Part shown: positions 5,840 to 7,445 of the stretch, in pieces | Layout of the letters: every line of letters starts with the position of its first letter | How positions within the stretch are numbered: position 1 is the first letter of the stretch | DNA from: a virus | Lineage: Monodnaviria; Loebvirae; Hofneiviricota; Faserviricetes; Tubulavirales; Inoviridae | DNA length: 7,445 nt | IMG/VR virus record: IMGVR_UViG_2734482785_000001 | Location: 1 to 7,445 of that record | Reading direction: 5' to 3' (one strand) | Position numbers and translations under genes: made by a program | The notes under the pieces: model-generated | What the model was told of the DNA's origin: nothing | The model's input: the letters and a program-made list of their open reading frames with translations, nothing else | Database searches by the model: none

Positions 5840-7026
5840 AACGTTTAATATCTCTGTTCTTGATGTTTTTTAGTTTTTCTTGTTTTTCTGCTACTGAGCT
5901 TGAAATAAAAAAACTTGCTTTACCTGAGGCTATTTCTTTGATTTATTCAGAGGTCTTTAAGGTTCCTTATATGATTTCTCCTGATTTAGCCAATGACCAA
6001 CGCCTTGTTTCATTTAAAATAACCAAGGATGTTAATGAGCGTGATTTTATTGAACGTTATTTTTCTAATATGAACATTAAAATTCATACAAAAAAAGGTG
6101 TTGACTACATAACGCCTTTTAAACCTCAAGAAAAAAAAACCATTTTAAAGGTTTTTGTGTATTCTCCATTAAATCGTTCAGTTGGTTATTTGTCTGATAT
6201 TCTCTCTGGTTTTGTATCTGGTCAATTTGGAAATTCAGGAAATATAAGCACTAACATATCCAGTACTTCTTCTTCAGGGGCTTCTAATAATTTCAATAGG
6301 TTAGGTGATTCTCTTGTGTATTATGGCACACAAAAAGATATTGACATTATCAAGAGCATATTGCCAACCATTGATACGGTTCCTGATGAGGTTGTTGTTT
6401 CAGGATATGTTTTTGAGGTTCAGACTGGTCAGAATGATGGCTCAGGATTTTTACTTGCTGCTAAAGTTATATCTGAAAAATTTAATATTTCTCTTGGCTC
6501 TAACATTAGTACTTCTGGTGATTTTTTGAGTTTAAAAACAGGTTCAATTGATGCAATTTATACATTACTTTCAACTGATAACAGATTTTCTGTTGTATCT
6601 TCGCCAAGATTGCGCGTGAAGAATAATACAGAGGCTTCTTTTTCTGTAGGTGCCGATGTTCCTGTTTTAGGTAGTGTTACAGTTAATGGTAATAATTCAA
6701 CCCAGTCTGTTGAGTATCGTAGCTCAGGGGTTTTGTTTAGAGTGAAACCATCTATTAAAATCAACGCTATTGATTTGAACATTCAACAGCAGCTTTCTAA
6801 TTTTGTTGCAACTGATACTGGCGTTAATAATTCTCCGACGCTTTTAAAGCGAGATGTGACAACAGACGTTGTTATGAATGATGGTGATATTATTTTGATA
6901 GGAGGCCTTGCAGAGCAGAAGGATTCTAAATCTTCGTCTGGTTGGTCTATTTTTGGCTCACGTTCATCAGAAAATTCTAAGACAGATATTGTTGTGATGC
7001 TTCAGGTTCGCAAAGTACCAAGATGA
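5836..7026 (+). CDS. IV: Gene IV-type secretin (outer-membrane export channel)
   Basis: 396-aa ORF with SD AGGTGG upstream and an N-terminal signal peptide. Recalled pIV-like segments: VSGYVFEVQTGQ (cf. IEGLIFEVQQG), SSPRLRVKNN...VGADVPV (cf. SVPRILTLSG...VGQNVPF), DGDIILIGGL (cf. DGQTLLLGGL), and a C-terminal S-domain-like tail. Confidence 0.9.
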   Translation: MKRLISLFLMFFSFSCFSATELEIKKLALPEAISLIYSEVFKVPYMISPDLANDQRLVSFKITKDVNERDFIERYFSNMNIKIHTKKGVDYITPFKPQEKKTILKVFVYSPLNRSVGYLSDILSGFVSGQFGNSGNISTNISSTSSSGASNNFNRLGDSLVYYGTQKDIDIIKSILPTIDTVPDEVVVSGYVFEVQTGQNDGSGFLLAAKVISEKFNISLGSNISTSGDFLSLKTGSIDAIYTLLSTDNRFSVVSSPRLRVKNNTEASFSVGADVPVLGSVTVNGNNSTQSVEYRSSGVLFRVKPSIKINAIDLNIQQQLSNFVATDTGVNNSPTLLKRDVTTDVVMNDGDIILIGGLAEQKDSKSSSGWSIFGSRSSENSKTDIVVMLQVRKVPR

Positions 7027-7029
7027 GAA

Positions 7030-7071
7030 TTCTGTCCGATCCCCGCAGCTTTGCGAGGAGAACGGACAGAA
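7030..7071 (+). other. Imperfect hairpin immediately after the gIV stop (candidate terminator or packaging-signal-like element)
   Basis: Stem 7030-7038 TTCTGTCCG pairs with 7063-7071 CGGACAGAA around a 24-nt partly self-complementary loop. No T-run directly follows; AGATGA occurs at 7021-7026 and 7071-7076. Confidence 0.45.
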
Positions 7072-7129
7072 GATGAATCTTGGTTTATGGCATTTTTTAA
7101 GCAATATGACGATGTTTGTTTTATTGTTT

Positions 7130-7445
7130 TTATGCCGTCAGGCATGGAAGGCGGCATGATGATGTTTCATGTTGTGCCTTTGGTTGTCCGCCGATACCAG
7201 GGAGATATGTCATAGTGCGCGGAACAGCGCAACGCGCCCCCTGCAAAGCCGGGTTTTCATTGCAGTTATCGAGACGAACGGCGCAAGACGTGAGTCGTCC
7301 AGGCGGCGTTAATGCTTGTTGATGGAATTGATCGCTTTCATCGGGCATGACAAAATCTAAAAGCCGGTGACGGGGTTTCGTTAACTGTGGTGGTTTGTTT
7401 CTCCTGGTATCCGGCAAGCCTAAATTCCTCTTTACGGGCTGATGC
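7130..7445. other. GC-rich (about 55%) flank with no convincing ORF; host flank or structured phage non-coding region
   Basis: Hand count of 7201-7320 gives about 55-58% GC against about 32% in a gIV sample (6001-6060). The only ORFs (7116..7322 plus, 7130..7417 minus) overlap on opposite strands and have Pro/Arg/Cys-biased composition. Confidence 0.4.

Larger units (their letters stand above)
1..7130 (+). mobile_element. Ff-like filamentous phage (Inoviridae) genome or prophage; right boundary approximate
   Basis: Co-linear gII-gV-(gVII/IX)-gVIII-gIII-gVI-gI-gIV gene set on one strand, with tight spacing and ATGA overlap typical of inoviruses. AT-rich body contrasts with GC-rich sequence after about 7130. 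Confidence 0.75.

Noticed and set aside
6305-6529. 74-aa plus-strand ORF inside gIV in another frame
   Set aside because: Nested in the secretin frame; Leu/Phe-rich translation of T-rich sequence.
6558-6782. 74-aa minus-strand ORF antisense to gIV
   Set aside because: Antisense to the conserved secretin domain; no start signals.
7138-7170. Minus-strand mini-ORF MKHHHAAFHA next to a hairpin (leader-peptide-like)
   Set aside because: There is no downstream biosynthetic operon, attenuator architecture or His codon run of convincing length; most likely coincidence.
7116-7417. Overlapping ORFs 7116..7322 (plus) and 7130..7417 (minus) in the GC-rich flank
   Set aside because: They overlap on opposite strands with Arg/Pro/Cys-biased composition and no RBS, as expected from chance ORFs in GC-rich non-coding DNA; real coding cannot be excluded without homology search.
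1-7445. CRISPR arrays, tRNA or rRNA genes
   Set aside because: No regularly spaced direct repeats with unique spacers and no cloverleaf-compatible or rRNA-like segments were seen.

Overview
The window is a nearly complete Ff-like (class I, M13/IKe-type) filamentous phage (inovirus) genome or prophage, AT-rich at roughly 35% GC. The plus strand carries the canonical module in Ff order from 978 to 7026: gII replication initiator (with a possible nested gX), gV ssDNA-binding protein, a small membrane-protein ORF in the gVII/gIX position, gVIII major coat protein followed by a strong intrinsic terminator, gIII adsorption protein, gVI, gI (Zot-family assembly ATPase) and gIV secretin. Three things are not explained by a standard Ff genome: (1) a divergent minus-strand two-gene module at 108-905 (a putative ribbon-helix-helix regulator plus an unrecognised 133-aa protein) separated by a cluster of GC-rich hairpins; (2) a roughly 100-nt imperfect hairpin at 2-103 whose arms resemble a dif (XerC/XerD) site and whose top is a bidirectional terminator; (3) a sharp switch to about 55% GC with no convincing coding signal from about 7130 to the end. 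All homology statements rest on motifs recalled from memory and read by eye; no search or computation was run.
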